The notes below the pieces were generated by a model. It was not told the DNA's origin. It searched no databases and was given only the letters and a program-made list of their open reading frames with translations. Positions 24,630-36,759 of a stretch of 64,000 nucleotides of DNA are shown here, piece after piece. The first letter of the stretch is position 1. Each line of letters opens with the position of its first letter. Both the position numbers and the translations under genes were made by a program. Origin of the DNA: Podarcis pityusensis (taxonomy: Eukaryota); assembly GCA_964106645.2 (NCBI GenBank), contig OZ067040.1. The stretch is one strand, 5' to 3'.

Positions 24630-25640
24630 AGAATCATAGAACTGTAGAGTTGGAAGTGACCCTGAAGGTCATCTAGTCCAACTCCCTGCAATGCAGGAAT
24701 CTCAACTAGATCATACATGACAGGTGGCCATCCAGCCTCTGCTTAAAAACCTCCAGGGAAGGAGAATCCACAACCTCTCATGGGAGTCTGTTCCACTGTA
24801 AAACAGCTATTCCTGTTAGAAAGTTCTTCCTGGTGTTTAGTAGGAACCTCCTTTCTTGTATCTTGAATCCATCGGTTCAAGTCCTACTCTCCAGAGCAGG
24901 AGAAAACAAGCTTGCTCAAACCTCCATGTGACAGCCCTTAAGTATTTGAAGATGGCTATCATATCTCCTTTCAGTCTCACTACTTTTCCCAATTAAAATT
25001 CATTTTGTTAATTTTGGCCCAGTTCTCTAATCTGCCAAGGTTATCTCGAATCCCAATTGTCTTCAGTGGCCTTGGCTACCCCTCCCAGTTTGGTGTCATC
25101 TGCAAATTTGATTAGCATCCCCTCAATACTTTCATCCAAGTCCTTTATGTTGAACAACAACAGGCCCAGGACACAACCCTGTGGCACCTTACTTGGCACT
25201 TTTTTTCCAGGATGACAATGAACCGTTAATGAGTACTTGTTCAGTTCAGTTATCTTGTCCATGTCTTCTTTTCTCCCCTTTTTGAAAATTGGGATAACAT
25301 TTGCCTGTCTCCAGTCTGCAAGAATCTCACTTGTTCTCCAATAATTCCCAAAGAATTACATCCACAAGCTCCTTTAGTACCCTTGGGTGCAGCTCATCAG
25401 ACCCTGGAGATTTGAATTCATTTGAAGTAACTACATGTTCCCTTACCCCCTCTTTTCCTATGTTGGGCTTCAGCTTCCTCCTTGCATTGTTTATTCTGTT
25501 AACAATAGGCTGTGCTTTCAATTTGGGTGAAGATAAGAGGCAAATAGATATTAAGCAGTTCTGCCTTCTCTCTGCCACCCAACAGCATTTCTCCATCTTC
25601 TCCAAGCAAGGGGCCTACTATTTGCTTGTTTTTCCTCTTG
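24630..25640 (-). mobile_element. CR1 LINE, internally deleted
   Basis: VPQGCVLGLLLFNI...IKFADDTKLGG (RT) and KSPGSDELHPRVLKEL motifs; CR1 3' tail (attctatgattct on minus). Confidence 0.9.
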
Positions 25641-25846
25641 CTTCAAACAACTTTTTTTTTACAAAATAAAGCACGGAATCCGCTTCAGAAGGATGTATTT
25701 GAGAAGCAAGGTGAAAGTGGAGCTAGGCATTCAGTCATATGGTGCAATCCAAAGAGATTCCCCTAGTGAAGGTCTACTGCATGTAGGGGAAGTGTAAAAG
25801 GAAATGAGAAAGAACAGCAATCCTCTCTTCCACCAGCAGCTCCATA

Positions 25847-26154
25847 TAAAGGTAAAGGGACCCCTGACCATTAGTGCTCATCTTGCTTTATTGGCTGAGG
25901 GAGCTGGTGTACAGCTTCCGGGTCATGTGGCCAGCATGACTAAGCCGCTTCTGGCAAACCAGAGCAGCGCACGGAAACGCTGTTTACCTTCCCTATTTAT
26001 CTACTTGCACTTTGACGTGCTTTCGAACTGTTAGGTTGGCAGGAGCAGGGACCGAGCAACGGGAGCTCACCCCGTCGCAGGGAATCAAACTGCTGGCCTT
26101 CTGATCGGCAAGTCCTAGGCTCTCTGGTTTAACCCACAGCGCCACCCGCACCCC
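25847..26154 (-). mobile_element. Sauria SINE (Squam1/POM-like), near full length
   Basis: tRNA-related head at the right end, (ACCTTT)n tail at the left; homologous to the copies at 30497 and 44057. Confidence 0.88.
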
Positions 26155-26459
26155 ACTTATCAATAGGAGAGGAACACTAATTCTTTCTTTGCCAAGAAAG
26201 TTGGAATCGGTTAAAATTACAGTGTGAGTGAAGTAATGATACAGTACAGGGGTGGCGAACTTTTGGCCCTCCGGATACACTTTGGACTACAACTCCTATC
26301 ATCCCATCCCAATTAACACTTTTTGGTAGAACACTGAATATGAGTGCCACTCTGATAGCCAATGTCAGCCATGTAGTGCTTGCACCATAGAGATGATGGT
26401 GAAAGTGTACAATTAGGCTGAAATTTGGGACAATTGTGACTTGTGAGAGTGGTCTCTTT

Positions 26460-27290
26460 TATATATATTTATTCTATTTATTTATAAGACTGCTTACATA
26501 TCCTTCATCATAAGGTCCCTGGGCAGGTTACAACAATAGGCAGCAATGTCTTACAAAAAGAGGTAAAACTATTAAAATCATAGCAGAAGTAAAATCTTTC
26601 CAAATGGTACAAAATAGTATAAATTCATCAAATGAGGTGGATTCCACAAAACAAAATACTTTAACTATCAAAGGCCAGGGTAAAGATGTGTGTCTTCAAC
26701 ATATGTGTATAATGAATATGCTAGAAATCTGTGGAGAGAGATCACCACAATTTAGGGACTAACACAGAGAATGCCTTCTCCTTGACCACCACTCCCCACA
26801 CTTCTGAGGGTGGCAGGGTTACCAAGAAAGTCCCCTCTGAAGATCAAGAAGGTCAGTAGGCCTGGAGACAGTCCTTCAGATATTTGATGCCAGAGACATT
26901 TAGGACTTTAAACACTAACATGAGCACTCTGAATTGGACCAAGAAATGAATTGGCAATCAGTGTAGCTGATTTCAAACAGGGTTCTATGAGATCTAATTG
27001 AGCCCCAGCTAGTAATCTGGCTGCTGCATTTGATAACAGTTTGCCTTTTCACATCATCTCTAAGGGCAGTCCAATGTAGAGTGCATTGTAAACAGTCCGA
27101 TCTGGAGGTAACCACAGCATGGAGCACAGTGGCCAAGCCATCTCTTCCAAGAAGGACCACAACTGGAGAACCAGACAGAGCTGGAAGCAGGCACTTCAGG
27201 CCACCAAGGCTACCTGAAGCTCCAGAGGCAGTGTTGGATCCAGGAGGAGCCCAGATGTTGTGCTCACTGCTATGGAAATGTGGTCTCTTT
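26460..27290 (-). mobile_element. L2 LINE fragment
   Basis: LATVLHAVVTSRSDC resembles L2 LVTSRLDYCN; AT-rich 3' tail. Confidence 0.7.
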
Positions 27291-28285
27291 GCAACAAAGT
27301 TAACTTTGGAAAAATATGTCTGAATTCCCTATAACTTAACAACTGCCTATTTGTAGCAAAATCTCTTTATAGGATGATTCAGAAAACCCAAAATTGTGGA
27401 TTTATTTTCAACGTATGTTGACATTTTCTTTCTCTATAAGTATGCATAGTGAACTAGTTATCTAAAAAGGCCCTCTTTCTCAACCAGTTGGGTTCCATCC
27501 CATCCTATTTTAATTATTTTTAACTTTTGTGTTAGCATTGTGTTAGTATTATTATGAATGTAAAAGTAGCATTCAAGGTTACCCTTATTGCACACTGTCT
27601 GAAACATTATTTTTATTGTGGTACACAAAACTAAAAGCTATAGGTCTGTGCTAATGGTGTGAATCATGAAAAAATGAAATGAGAAAGTCATAATAGATCA
27701 TATTACATCACTAAGTTCATCTTCCTGATAGTGGCAAGAAGATGTGAATGAGTGCACTACCAAAGGGTCTTCAAGTATTCATTTTGACAAAGTAAGGTGA
27801 GTGTGTTTCACTGACAAATCAATCATTCATGTTTTGTGCTACTTCTACAATTAATCTAGTTATTCATATTAAATTATATGAAAAGTACAGAAAGACAAGA
27901 AGGGTTTTCTAAGAAAAAAAGCTTAACTGTTAAGAAATTTATGAAATGTCTCTGATAATTTCACTGTGTAGAAAAAAATTGAGTTTATTGAGTGGGAACA
28001 TGTTCCTCCAGTTCTTTGACTATTTTTTGAAACTCAAACCAGCGTTTAAGACTACTGAATACTGCCTGAAACATTCACCTACTTTCATTTTTAAAAATGA
28101 AAGTGAAAATATTTATCTTTTATAATTATTGTCATATGCTTGTCTGCCCAGAAGTTATCCCTACTGAGTTACTTCTAAGCAAGTGTATAAAATTTTAGCC
28201 TTATGTAAGTCTCAAAAAACAGCCTGGAAAAGAAAATACCTTCTTAAATAAACACCATGGATATCATAATTCAACTTTTCCTGTA

Positions 28286-28536
28286 CAGTCATACCTCAGC
28301 TCCTGAACGCCTTGGGAGTCAAACATTTCGGCTCCCGAACGATTGAAAACTGGAAGTGAGTGTTCCGGTTTTTGAACGTTCTTTCAGAAGCCGAAAGTCC
28401 AATGGTGCTTCTGCGGCTTCTGATTGGCTACAGGAGCTTCCTGCAGCCAATCAGAAGCCACACTTTGGAAGTTGGACATTTTGGAAGTCTAACAGACTTC
28501 CAGAATGGATTCTGTTCAACTTCCAAGGTACGACTG
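28286..28536. mobile_element. Tigger-type non-autonomous MITE
   Basis: TIR cagtcatacct / aggtacgactg; TA TSD on both sides; internal hairpin 28415-28459. Confidence 0.85.
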
Positions 28537-28565
28537 TATTGAACAATCATTCAGCTCTAATATCT

Positions 28566-28903
28566 CAGACCACTGAAGTGTCCCTATATTCCAGCAACGT
28601 CCCTGATTTAGAGAAGCCATCCCGGTTTCTGATTTGATCCTGGAATGTCCCACATCTCCTTACGATGTCCCTATTTTCATTGGAGAAATGGAGAGTATGG
28701 AGTTATCCAACCCCTGAGCCATCTGAAGGCAATCCTGTATAAGGATGTTTTTTAATGTTTAATGTTTTATTTTGTTTTTATTTATGTTGGAAGCTGCCCA
28801 GAGTGGCTGGGACAACCCAGTAAGATGTGTGGGGTATAAATAGTAAAATTATGATTATAGAATGTGATGTCCCAATTTCATTGGAGAAATGTTGAAGGGT
28901 ATG
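28566..28903. mobile_element. Composite hAT-like MITE containing an L2 3'-tail fragment
   Basis: First about 125 bp match the simple MITE at 51844-51980; then an L2 tail (gttggaagctgcccagagtggctggg); then a duplicated right end. Confidence 0.7.
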
Positions 28904-29946
28904 CTGTCTTACCTTCTGAAAAGGCTATGATGGTCTTGCTCTAGATCTGACTTCCTCACATCTTCAACATAACACATATTATACTTAATTCTAATCAACA
29001 GTGTCTGGGATTTCAACATCCCCTACTCTGAAGTAAATAATATATGTAGCGCAATTTACAGCTTACTGGCTTTAGACTTGAGTATAATGGTCCCAAAATA
29101 TAATATATACTGAAAGGAAGATTGTGGTCACTCAAAGTTAATTAATAACTCCATAATTATTCAGCAGGTTCTTGAAACCTGATGTCAGTTTTCAAATAAT
29201 ACATCACTGCTGCATCATTAGAAAAGTTACTTCAGAGGAAGCTGACTTCTCAAAAGTTAACAAAATTTCCTGATTAACCAATATTCTGACACAAATGAAT
29301 GCTTTTCACTGATTCAGTCCATACTTGAATGGTTTTCAAGTGCCAAGTATGCCACCTAGCTAATGTATGAACTATACCATTGACTGCTGGGTTTCTCTAG
29401 TTGGAAGTGTGTGTTCTTCTCATGGAGTCAGTTTACTAGGCGTTTTATCTCTCCGTGTTATGATGATGATCTGATCAAATGTAGACCCTAGACCAGAATA
29501 ATCATTTCAGCCTAAGGTACTGGAGTTGAATGATTATCCCAAAGAAAAAATGTTGAATAGTAAGAATCCATGGTGACCATTTAGAAAGTTGTTTTATTTT
29601 GTGCCTTTTAAAAGCTGCAGTTCTATACATGCTTATCCAGAAGCAAGTCTCACATAACTCTGTTTACATGCAGAGACTTACACTATAAAAAGTTTCTTAA
29701 AAGTACTTTCCCTTTTCAAGAAATGGACCCCCCCCCAAAAAAAAAACAGGTATAAAGATGACAAGAAGACTAATTAAATGTAGACAATTAAGTTATAGTA
29801 AATAGGGACCTTTATCACTATGGAGGATATTGACTGAGTCAAACAGAAGTGTTTAAAGACTGTGGGAAATACAAGCACTTAGGCAATGAAAACATTTGGG
29901 AAGTTGCAAAATTAGGATAGTACAAAATCTTGGGAAGGGAGAATTA

Positions 29947-30186
29947 CAGTAGTACCTCGGTTTAAGAACAGTCCAGTTTAAGAATGATTTGGTTTACAAA
30001 CTCCAGAAAACTGGAAATAGTGTCTTGGTTTGAGAACTTTCCTCGGTCTAAGAATGAAATCCGAACGGTGGAAGGGCACCAGCAGCGGGAGGCCTCATTA
30101 GGGAAAGCGCGCCTTGGCTTAAGAACAGTTTCAGTTTAAGAACGGATTTCCAGAATGGATTAAGTTCGTAAACTGAAGTACCACTA
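29947..30186. mobile_element. Tigger-type non-autonomous MITE
   Basis: TIR cagtagtacctcggttta / taaactgaagtaccact(a); TA TSD; repeated gtttaagaac subterminal motifs. Confidence 0.85.
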
Positions 30187-30496
30187 TATAGTGCATTAGT
30201 GGTGAGGGAGGAGATAATTCAAATTTAAAGGGAAACAGCCCAAAATGTTGGCATTGAAATCCCCATTAGAAAAACCTTGCAAATTTTGCATTATCAAGTT
30301 GTCACAACTAGTACCAAGGTTCAAATCCTAGGCAGTGACCAAGTAAAAGGTCATAATAATGACCTACTTAATAGTTATGTTGTTGAAATTAACACAATTT
30401 TTTAATTTTCTACAGTTTACTCATTTTATAGACGTGATAAAAATAGGGCTTATGGGAAAAGATTAAAGTGAACAGAAATATTATATGTAGCAAAGT

Positions 30497-30736
30497 GTAA
30501 AAAGGACCCCTGACCATTAGGTCCAGTCGTGGTCGACTCTGGGGTAGCGGCGCTCATCTCGCTTTATTGGCTGAGGGAGCCGGCGTACAGCTTCTGGGTC
30601 ATGTGGCCAGCATGACTAAGCCGCTTCTGGCGAACCAGAGCAGTGCACGGAAACGCCGTTTACCTTCCTGCCAGAGCGGTACCTATATATCTACTTGCAC
30701 TTTGACCTGCTTTCGAACTGCTAGGTTGGCAGGAGT
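30497..30736 (-). mobile_element. Sauria SINE, 5'-truncated
   Basis: High similarity to the 25847 and 44057 copies. Confidence 0.88.
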
Positions 30737-32009
30737 ACACAACTCTAAAAACCATTTGAAGCCACAATAGTTCCACTGATGGTAAACCCCTAACTCCTGA
30801 GTAAATGGATTAAGCATTAAAAGTACCACATATAGGTTATCTACCACAAATTAATAGCAATTAGGGATGTTCCACTTTAGATCAAATGCTATTGAGCTGA
30901 ATCTTAGCAAGAATCCTACTGGTGATTACAGAAAACTTTCATCAATAATTAGTTGTGATATAAATGTCCCATGTGCATGCATTCATAAGATTGCTTCAAA
31001 AAGTCCTTGTTATACTACAACTGCCCATAGTCACAAATGACTAAAAAATTATAGGAAGCTGAATTTAATTTTAGCCTGAAACAAGATAACAGGTAACTAT
31101 TGTCTGAAAACAGAACATTATAGTGAATAAATTTCTGTAATTTTCTTCACACTCACTCTATCATTAGAGCTATCTTAATACCCTACTATTGCATAATGTT
31201 TATCTTTATATCCTTCAGAAAATTCAGTTCTAAAATACTGTTTATGTGTTCAGTCACATGGGAGAACAATCCCCACTGAAGCGAAAACTGTTATTATAAT
31301 TGTACCATGAATGAGCAACTGAACTCCATTGCTCAACACAATATATTTTCAAGAGCAATTAAGTAACTACATAAGATGACAGGAGGAGGGCAAACTTCCA
31401 AGCAAGAGGAAGAGTGAAAGCTTATGCCTACTATAGAAAGTATGGAGAATCTTTTGCACTCCAGATATTGCTGAACCACAGTTTCCATCAGGCCCAACAA
31501 GCATCGCCAATGACCAGGAATGATGGGAATTGTAGTTCACCAACATAAGGAGGGCCCTAGATAACCCACAACTGTCCTATAGAATGGCAATCAGCATGTG
31601 AAGCTGAACTTTTCAAGATGGGCAGATCATAAAGTGAGTCCAATAGAATGATGACACTGTCACCCAATGCATATTAAAATGGGCTAAAACTGCTCCCTTT
31701 AAACAAACATACAATCAAAACCATCCTACTAGTTGGTTGCTGGATTATGTCAAACTTTTCTCACTACCACCTTGGAGCCCTCCAGAACCAACTATTTGTG
31801 GGTTAGGGGTGCTTGAAGAGTTTAGTACTTCTTTGTTTTTCTATATAAAATTACCTGACCCACACTTTAGCAATTAATGAGAGGATCTGAATTGAGCTAT
31901 CTACCTGATTAACACTTTTTTCTGAATGTTAAGACATAGTCCTCAGCAGCTTAAGCGTGCCAAAAATATGCATTTTAGTAAACACTTTGTGAGGAAATAC
32001 ACATTTAAA

Positions 32010-32153
32010 CAGTGTTTTTTTTCGGGGGGGATGCAGGGCTACGCATACCCCTAAACATTTTGTGAATCTAAGTCATTGAAGGGCAGTATTTCAATATGAG
32101 TATGAAAATGAGAGTACCCCTAAACATTTTTTTTCTTTTTGAAAAAAGCACTG
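32010..32153. mobile_element. hAT-type MITE, copy 2
   Basis: Same family as 9559-9705; imperfect TSD catttaaa/tttttaaa. Confidence 0.85.
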
Positions 32154-33557
32154 TTTTTAAATATGCATTTGGGGAGAAAATTCATGTTCAAATTATATCT
32201 TAAGATGCATATTTAAATAAGTGTTTTTGAAATTATCATTTATATACTTATAAAAAACAGATCAACATAGAATGGAATAATGGGTAAAAACATGTTAAAG
32301 TGACACAGGCTAAAAATAGGCAGATTCAGCCATACCTAGCTGGGGCATCAGCTGTTTTCATTCAGAGCTCTATACATTGACAAGAGTGAAAGCGATCAAA
32401 CGCAATGCCAGTATAAGGTATCTTGCAATGATTTACAATGTGTGTGCATTCAAACACTGAAAAGTCCAGGCTTTTCCTAGGTAGAATCAAATATTCTTTT
32501 TAATAAGTAAGTTTAATCAGACTGTACTTCAACAACAGGGGCAGAATAAATTTACTTATTTAATAAAATGCATGAATAAACATGGCCCTACCCTTTGACT
32601 ACTGTGGTCTTAGTATACTGATTTGTCTCTATTCTCCTAGCACTGAGAACAGTACAGTAAAGAGAGTGACCCTAAAGCCATTTGAAGACTCACTGGGGGA
32701 GGGGCAGGTGGAAATGGAGCTGGGAGGCCCATTGATAAGATGAAAATTACACCGCTGGAAGTCCTGTCTCCTTGGTAAGCCCATGGAAAGTTCCTCAGCA
32801 GTAGGAACCAAATCAGGGTGAGTTGGGGGCACAGTGTACTTGGAAGAGGATTCCCCTAACCTGCTCCCCAAAGTAGACAACAACCACACCGCTCATGGAA
32901 CTGGCAAAATTAAGTCCTTCCCATTGAATGCAATAAAAGGGACAAAACAAAAAATGCCCCCACCAAATGTTTTTAAAAGCTACCCCTTCCCATTTCCCTC
33001 CCTGGGAAGTCAGCATGCAGAGCTCTGAATGTAGTAGCTGCTCTGCCACGGAATCTCCTCACCACTATTTGCCCTGCCAATGGCAGTAGGATTAGTGGGA
33101 ATTAAAGTACAGTAAGCTTCAAAAGTTCAAAGTGATATGTTGTATCTGGTACCCTCCACTGACTTCTGCAAAGAACTGTTTATACTTGATTATGGCCAGA
33201 AATAATATTCATACAAGTCAGTAAGCCTCCCGTTTATTCTTTTGCCAGGCAATATGACTAAATAACAACCTAAATGTAAGAAGAGAATGATGTGTTGTAT
33301 CTGCCAACAAACAGCAATTTAAGAAGCACAACAGAAACATTTGATGGAAGGATTTGCTCCATTAGCCTAGTATAAAAAATGAAATTAGCAATGATTTTTG
33401 CACAATAAAGCCTTAAGTCAAATTACTTGTGCCAAACATTATTTCTTATGGATATCAGGCCATGGTACATTATAGCTGGTATAGCTGCATCCGTGTAACC
33501 AATAAACAACATTTCCTTTAAAACAGGGCAAGAGCACACTTCTTTACAGGGAATTAC

Positions 33558-33868
33558 CTGAATCAGTTCTTCAAGTACTGTGTCATTCACACAGTTGTGG
33601 TGTGATACGAACTCCTGCTTCTGGAGCACAATGGTTGTTCTCTGGTTACTTTCATGTGGCTGTTCCAGGGCTTTGAAAACAGTAGCTCCAATAATTAAAT
33701 ACAGAACCACCACCAGAAAAATGGTTGAGACCGTCTTCCATTTCATAACATTAATAGTTGTATCACTCTCCTCCCGCGAGGCAAGCACAGTGGGTTTGGT
33801 AGAAAATGAAAGCCTGGGCTTTGAGTTCTGAGTGGCAGATTTGGGATCCAGCAAGTCAGGTGCCGCCA
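33558..33868 (-). CDS. KCNK2: KCNK2 (TREK-1/K2P2.1) coding exon 2: N-terminus, TM1 and extracellular cap helix
   Basis: Translates (M)[103 protein letters not shown], recognisably TREK-1. Polypyrimidine tract plus AG acceptor (ttttttctttcatcag) at 33869-33870 and GT donor (CAG|gtaatt) at 33557-33556. 311 nt. Confidence 0.98.
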
Positions 33869-36759
33869 CTGATGAAAGAAAAAACAAAAAAACACACAGA
33901 AAGTTACTTTTTCCCAGGCTTGTCACATATTTATTCAGTATTTCTTTTTGCTAGAGGGTAAGACAGAAGCTTTAAATTCATATAACAATCTAACTTCATA
34001 GATGCTGACATTATGAATGAACTCAACATATCCATCTTCCCCATGATTTACAGTTTACTATATAGACTGAGGGGTTCCTGCAACCTGTTGTGACAGTACT
34101 GTAACTGTGGTCCAAGTATTGCAAAAATGTACATAGCATTTTATATAATTTCTGATGGTTTTAACATTTCTTGTTTTGGTTTAAGCATTGTGCATGAGAT
34201 ACCCAATCTATGTTTTAAGTTTAGCTCTGAAAAGTTAATCTCTTCTCACATCTTACACACAGTGCTGAGAAATGCATTTTTAACCACTTCCTCTTGTGCA
34301 TAACTTTCAACAAAAATTCCCCTGTAAGATCACTGAGATATTTGCCATATCAATGTACTTTTTTCTCCAGTTATTAATTTGTTTTCAATGACCACAATCC
34401 TCCTTTCAGTAGTGTTAGGGAAATTAATCATGAGTAGCATCAGTCAGCAAGTATTTGTTAAGTGAAATCCATATTAGAAATGTGAGTGCTGGTACCTAGC
34501 TGAAAAAATGCATGTATGTGGCTAGAATTTAAAGTAGTTCTTAAGTGCTAGGACTAAAGTTGTAGGTTGAATGGGAGCCTAGGACTTTTCTACCTCTATG
34601 TCATGCAAACATTAGAAGACTTTTTTCTTACAGTAGCTACATATGGAAGCAGTAAATTATAGCCTCCATAACTCCTGGAGAGTTAAATAAGAATATGCCA
34701 CATCAACACATTTGAAATTTCTCTATAAGGTCATGGGAATATTGGCCATATTTAATGTATTTTTTCCCTCCAGTTACTAATTTACTTCTGAGGGACCACA
34801 GTCCTCCTTTCAGTGGTATTAAGGAAACCCCACACCTAAAAGCAGATGCAAATCTCTTTCCCTTTATCATTTTCATCATCTGAAAGATGGACATGCTTTG
34901 GAGAAAAAGGGGGTGACAGAATGCTGTATCATACTTCCCATGCAAATAAGTTCAACTATATAGCATTATAGCACCATCAGACATAGAACGAGAGAGACTT
35001 GCATGCATAGTAAATTTAATTAGTACAGTTGTAGACATGACCTCCCCTTCCCCCCAAAAGGGGCAGCAGGTAAGAGCTGTCACAGATGAGAAACTTCATG
35101 TGATCATTCGTCATGACTCATTGCACTGAGCTGTCATGTAGTTACTCTTTTTCAACTCCTAGAAAGCTATAACTTGAGGCAATACCTTCACACGCCTAAG
35201 ACCCTTCATTGTATTGGCTGCCTGGCAACTTTTACTGCCAAACAACTACACTGATGCAATCAGATATTTCTAAGTGGCTGAAGATGCAGTCTTAGAGCCA
35301 CCTCACTCCGCCTGCAAGAGATGTGATGGAACTAATCCCATTGATTTGAGGGGGAGCATTACAGAGTCACTGGTTTGAATGATGCTTGCCTAGGGCCTTT
35401 AATGTAAGCTCCCTTTTTGACTGATGGTGGTAATGGCTTGATGTTTAGCAGGGCAATCTACAAGCTGATTGGGCTGCAGCTACCAGCGTTAAAGCCCTGT
35501 GGACTTTTATGGATACCTTGGATTGACAAATAAATATACTTTGATTTAACTGGGTAGCGGATCAGGTTGAGGAATGAGCCATGGGCAGGAAAATTAGGGC
35601 AATCCGTGGGGCAATCCCCATCCCACCACTGCTCAATGCTGGCACTATCACTTTGATCTCTCTTCCCCCTCAACGTGTTGTCACCCTGCTTCATCTCTTT
35701 CTCCCACCCCAAAATGGTGGCAATCCAGGTTTGTTGCAACAGCCCTCCTGTTATTCACCAGGACATTCTGTTCTCTTATTGTTATTTTTTAAATGTGCCT
35801 CCCACCTTCTGCCCAGATGCAACTCACGCCCATACTCCAAAGGAAATCCTGGCACCCTAGGGAAGTGCAGTCCCTAAGTTCCCTTGATCCACTCCCCTTT
35901 AGGAAGCTGTATGCAGCTAAGCTAACAAAGCAGGGGTGGGTGGGAGGGATGGGAGCTTAAAGCGTCTTCTTCTTAACGCTGATCGCATATATAGCAGACA
36001 TCCCCACTCTCAGCATCCCCCTTCCCCATCAATCCTTCACTGTTCATCCATCCCTATCCACCTGCTTAGCCCTTATGAAGCTCATCCACCTTGCCAAGAT
36101 TCAACACCACCACCCGGCTCGCTCCCAGGGTAAATAAGGAACCTTTACTCTGAAAAGCATCCCGAGAGATAAATTACATCCCCATGCCTCCCCCTCCCCC
36201 CACTCTTTTTTTTTTAAAGGGAAGCAACCCATTTTCCTCCTCGCCCCTTTAAAAATAAAGAGAAAAGATGCTCTTGAAATGGTTTGCAAACGGCGCGTCT
36301 TCCCATGCCCACAAGGATAGCAGGGAGCGGGCTAGATTCGGGAGTGGTTTTATGGACCTCCCGGACCTTCGGCTTCATCCCCCCACCTTCCCTTTTCCTT
36401 ATGTCCCCAGCCGAAGCAACACACACCCCTTGAACAAAGATTAAGTGCAAGGAAGCGCCTAGGAGCCAAGGTGTTGCATGCAGCAAGGAAAGCTCGTGCA
36501 AGAAGGATGGAGAGCTGGGGGGGGGGGAGGCGAGGGAGGGATGGAGGCAGAGAAAGACAGCGAGGCAGGTGGGTGGGCATGGGCAAAACGGGCTCTCCTG
36601 CAAATGGGTGGGGTGGGGCTCTTTTGTGGGGAGGGGGGAGTCCGTCCCCCCCTGCCCTAGAGCGAAGATGCATCGGCAAAAGCAAAGGAGCATGCAGCAT
36701 TTTTCTTTCTTTTTTTTGGTCTTCCCAGGCATATATCTCTCTCTCTTTCTTTCCTTCTC

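Noticed and set aside
33423-33926. 167-aa ORF as a complete gene
   Set aside because: Only 33558-33868 is exon; the flanks are intron read-through past clear splice sites.
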